A DNA stretch of 64,000 bases, from NCBI GenBank assembly GCA_963666215.2, contig CAXWPL010000005.1:608001-672000 (forward strand). Direction: 5' to 3'. Both the position numbers and the translations under genes were made by a program. Origin of the DNA: Acidobacteriota bacterium (GTDB taxonomy: Bacteria > Acidobacteriota > UBA890 > WLXD01). This document shows positions 62,174-64,000 of this stretch, in pieces. Every line of letters starts with the position of its first letter. The first letter of the stretch is position 1. Below the pieces are notes generated by a model. The model was not told the DNA's origin. It saw nothing but the letters and a program-made list of their open reading frames with translations, and ran no database searches.

Positions 62174-62309
62174 GGCTGGAGCCCTCGTACGCTCTCATAC
62201 GTTGCCGGTTAGAACGGGTGGGCGCAAAGGCCGCGGCCACGCACTCGCCCCCAGTGCGAACTCAAAAGACGTGCCGACTAGCGGACGGGCCCGCTGCGCC
62301 TCGTGACCG

Positions 62310-62657
62310 TCAACTCGGCGGGCTGAAGCTCGCGACCGCCTCGGTCTCGTCACTGAAGCTTTCGAAAACCGAGATCAGCTGCGTAAACTGCAGCAGGTCA
62401 CGAATCTTCGACGTCAGGTTCAGCAACTTGAGGCTGGCTTCCTTGCTCGATGCCGTCGTGAAACTGGCCACGAGTTCACCCACACCAGCGCTGTCCATGT
62501 AGCGCACCTTCTGCAGATTGACGAGAATCGCCTTCTCATCGCGCTCCACAAGGTCACGAATGACCTGTCGGAGCTGGACATCTCCGGAGCCCAACGTAAG
62601 CTTGCTCTTCAGATCGACGATCACCACACCGTCTACACGGCGTTCGGTGCACTTCAT
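62310..62657 (-). CDS. STAS-domain anti-sigma factor antagonist
   Basis: 115 aa; YMDSAGVGELV with phosphorylatable Ser; LKLLNLTSKIRDLL; GGAGG RBS. Confidence 0.92.
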   Translation of the reverse strand: MKCTERRVDGVVIVDLKSKLTLGSGDVQLRQVIRDLVERDEKAILVNLQKVRYMDSAGVGELVASFTTASSKEASLKLLNLTSKIRDLLQFTQLISVFESFSDETEAVASFSPPS

Positions 62658-62741
62658 ACTTGTCCCTCCGACGAGGTTCCATTGGTGTCAATGGTGGTGC
62701 ATAGGGCTTCGTAAGCTACCACCAGCTCCGTATCCGAGCAA

Positions 62742-63232
62742 ATGAGCCGTTCTCCCGCGATAGCCGAGGCCATCGAAGACACCCCGCAGGTCCGCTCGTC
62801 CGATGGCGAGCTCCCCGATGTGCTGGTGTGGCACAGCGCTGCAACCGACTACCGGCGTGCGCTGATGAGACGTCTGCCGGGTGTTCGTGTGACCGCCATG
62901 CAGCCGTCGAGCCGCGCCCTGTCTTCGGAAAATGCGGGAATCTTGTTGGCCTGGACCCTTCCCGAATCGGCTCTCACGCAGCTGCCGTCGCTGCGCTGGC
63001 TGCACGCCACTGGAGCCGGCGTAGAACACCTGATCGATCGGCCCGATCTTGCTGCTGCGGTGCGCGTAACTCGTTCCCTCGGTCGCTTCGGTGTGCAGGT
63101 GGCCGAGTACACGCTCGGGTACCTACTGCACCTGTTGATCGGCATCGAAGGGTATCGTCGCGACCAAGATCGTGCGCTTTGGGAGAAACGTGATCGCCCG
63201 CTGCTGACCGATATGACCGTGGGCGTTCTTGG
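62742..63232 (+). pseudogene. D-2-hydroxyacid dehydrogenase (GhrA-like), interrupted by IS copy 3
   Basis: LRWLHATGAGVEHL, VAEY, MTVGVLG then IS sequence; the break falls inside the GxGxxG NAD-binding motif. Confidence 0.85.
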
Positions 63233-64000
63233 AGGATGTCACAGGCTCCGTTGAAAAAGGGTGACGGTGATCCGACCTCGATAGTGTGTCGGGGTCAATC
63301 CACTGGCATGGAGGATCACCGTCATGAGCAAGAGTCGCAGAACAGAGACAAGTAGGAAAGCGGAGCGCCAAGAGAACCCGCTCCTGGAGGCAGTGGTAGC
63401 GGCGCGATCGGATCTACGAGCGCTGGTCATGGACGCGGGCTTCGGGGTGTTGGGTTCGCTGCTGGAAGAAGACCGGGCGGAGCTCTGCGGAGAGCGCTAC
63501 GCGCGGTCACAGCAGCGGCGGGCGTACCGACACGGCTACGACGAGGGCTCGCTGGTGATGGGCGGCCGGCGGGTCAAGGTACGCAAGCCGCGGGCTCGGA
63601 GCGTCGATGGCCAAGAGCTGCCGCTGCCGCACTGGGAGAGGTTCAAGGCAACAGATCCGCTCGAAGAGCGCGCCGTAGAGCAGATCCTGTGCGGCGTCAC
63701 GACGCGCAAGTACGAGCGCTCGTTAGAGCGGCTCGACGACGGGCGAGCTTCGTCGGGAACGAGTCGCTCGAGTGTGTCGCGGCGGTTCGTAGCGCGTACA
63801 GCCAAGCAGGTGCAGCAGTACCTGGCCCAACCGCTCAATGAAGTGGACCTGCCGGTGCTGGTGATCGACGGCACGCACATGGGCAAGCACTTGTTGGTGA
63901 TCGCCATGGGCATCGACGCGGACGGCGTCAAGCATGTGCTGGGTGTCGTAGAGGGCACCACGGAGAGCTCCCACGTGTGCCGGTCGCTGCTGCGGCAGTT
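63233..64000 (+). mobile_element. IS256-family insertion sequence, copy 3 (partial, runs off window)
   Basis: Left IR GGATGTCACAGGCTCCGTTG...; transposase ATG at 63324; carries the copy-2 (Arg) allele. Confidence 0.95.

Noticed and set aside
62200-62300. c-di-GMP-I riboswitch suggested by GGGCGCAAAGGCC
   Set aside because: The GGCAAA...GAAA stem architecture is absent, and the motif is antisense to the flanking genes.

Overview
GC-rich bacterial chromosomal window. Gene content (acidobacterial-type PadR, STAS protein, HEAT-cyclophilin, membrane Ser/Thr kinases) suggests Acidobacteriota; this is inference. No rRNA, tRNA or CRISPR array was seen. Three near-identical copies of a 1408-bp IS256-family element are present; the third is cut by the window end and disrupts a D-2-hydroxyacid dehydrogenase gene. 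The first 10 kb is eroded and rearranged: a decayed 1.8-kb duplicate of a multicopper oxidase-TolC operon flanks an NfeD/SPFH cassette, and several genes are truncated. Housekeeping genes include ligA, pncB, citrate synthase, htrA/degP, pabA-pabB-pabC, fur with an Fe3+ ABC transporter, and alkA. Best leads: (1) a lipoprotein TlpA-like selenoprotein (UxxC plus SECIS hairpin) that the ORF track splits in two; (2) a second in-frame UGA with a similar hairpin at the N-terminus of a membrane Ser/Thr kinase; (3) two paralogous TM-GAF-GGDEF-HD-GYP genes, both with Asn at the guanine-reading site and both preceded by AT-rich 10-bp-phased repeats, one linked to a BldC/Xis-like HTH gene; (4) a sigma factor with two sigma4-like domains paired with a double zinc-finger anti-sigma; (5) a CutF-like leader ORF upstream of the copper oxidase; (6) a Fam20/Four-jointed-like atypical kinase.
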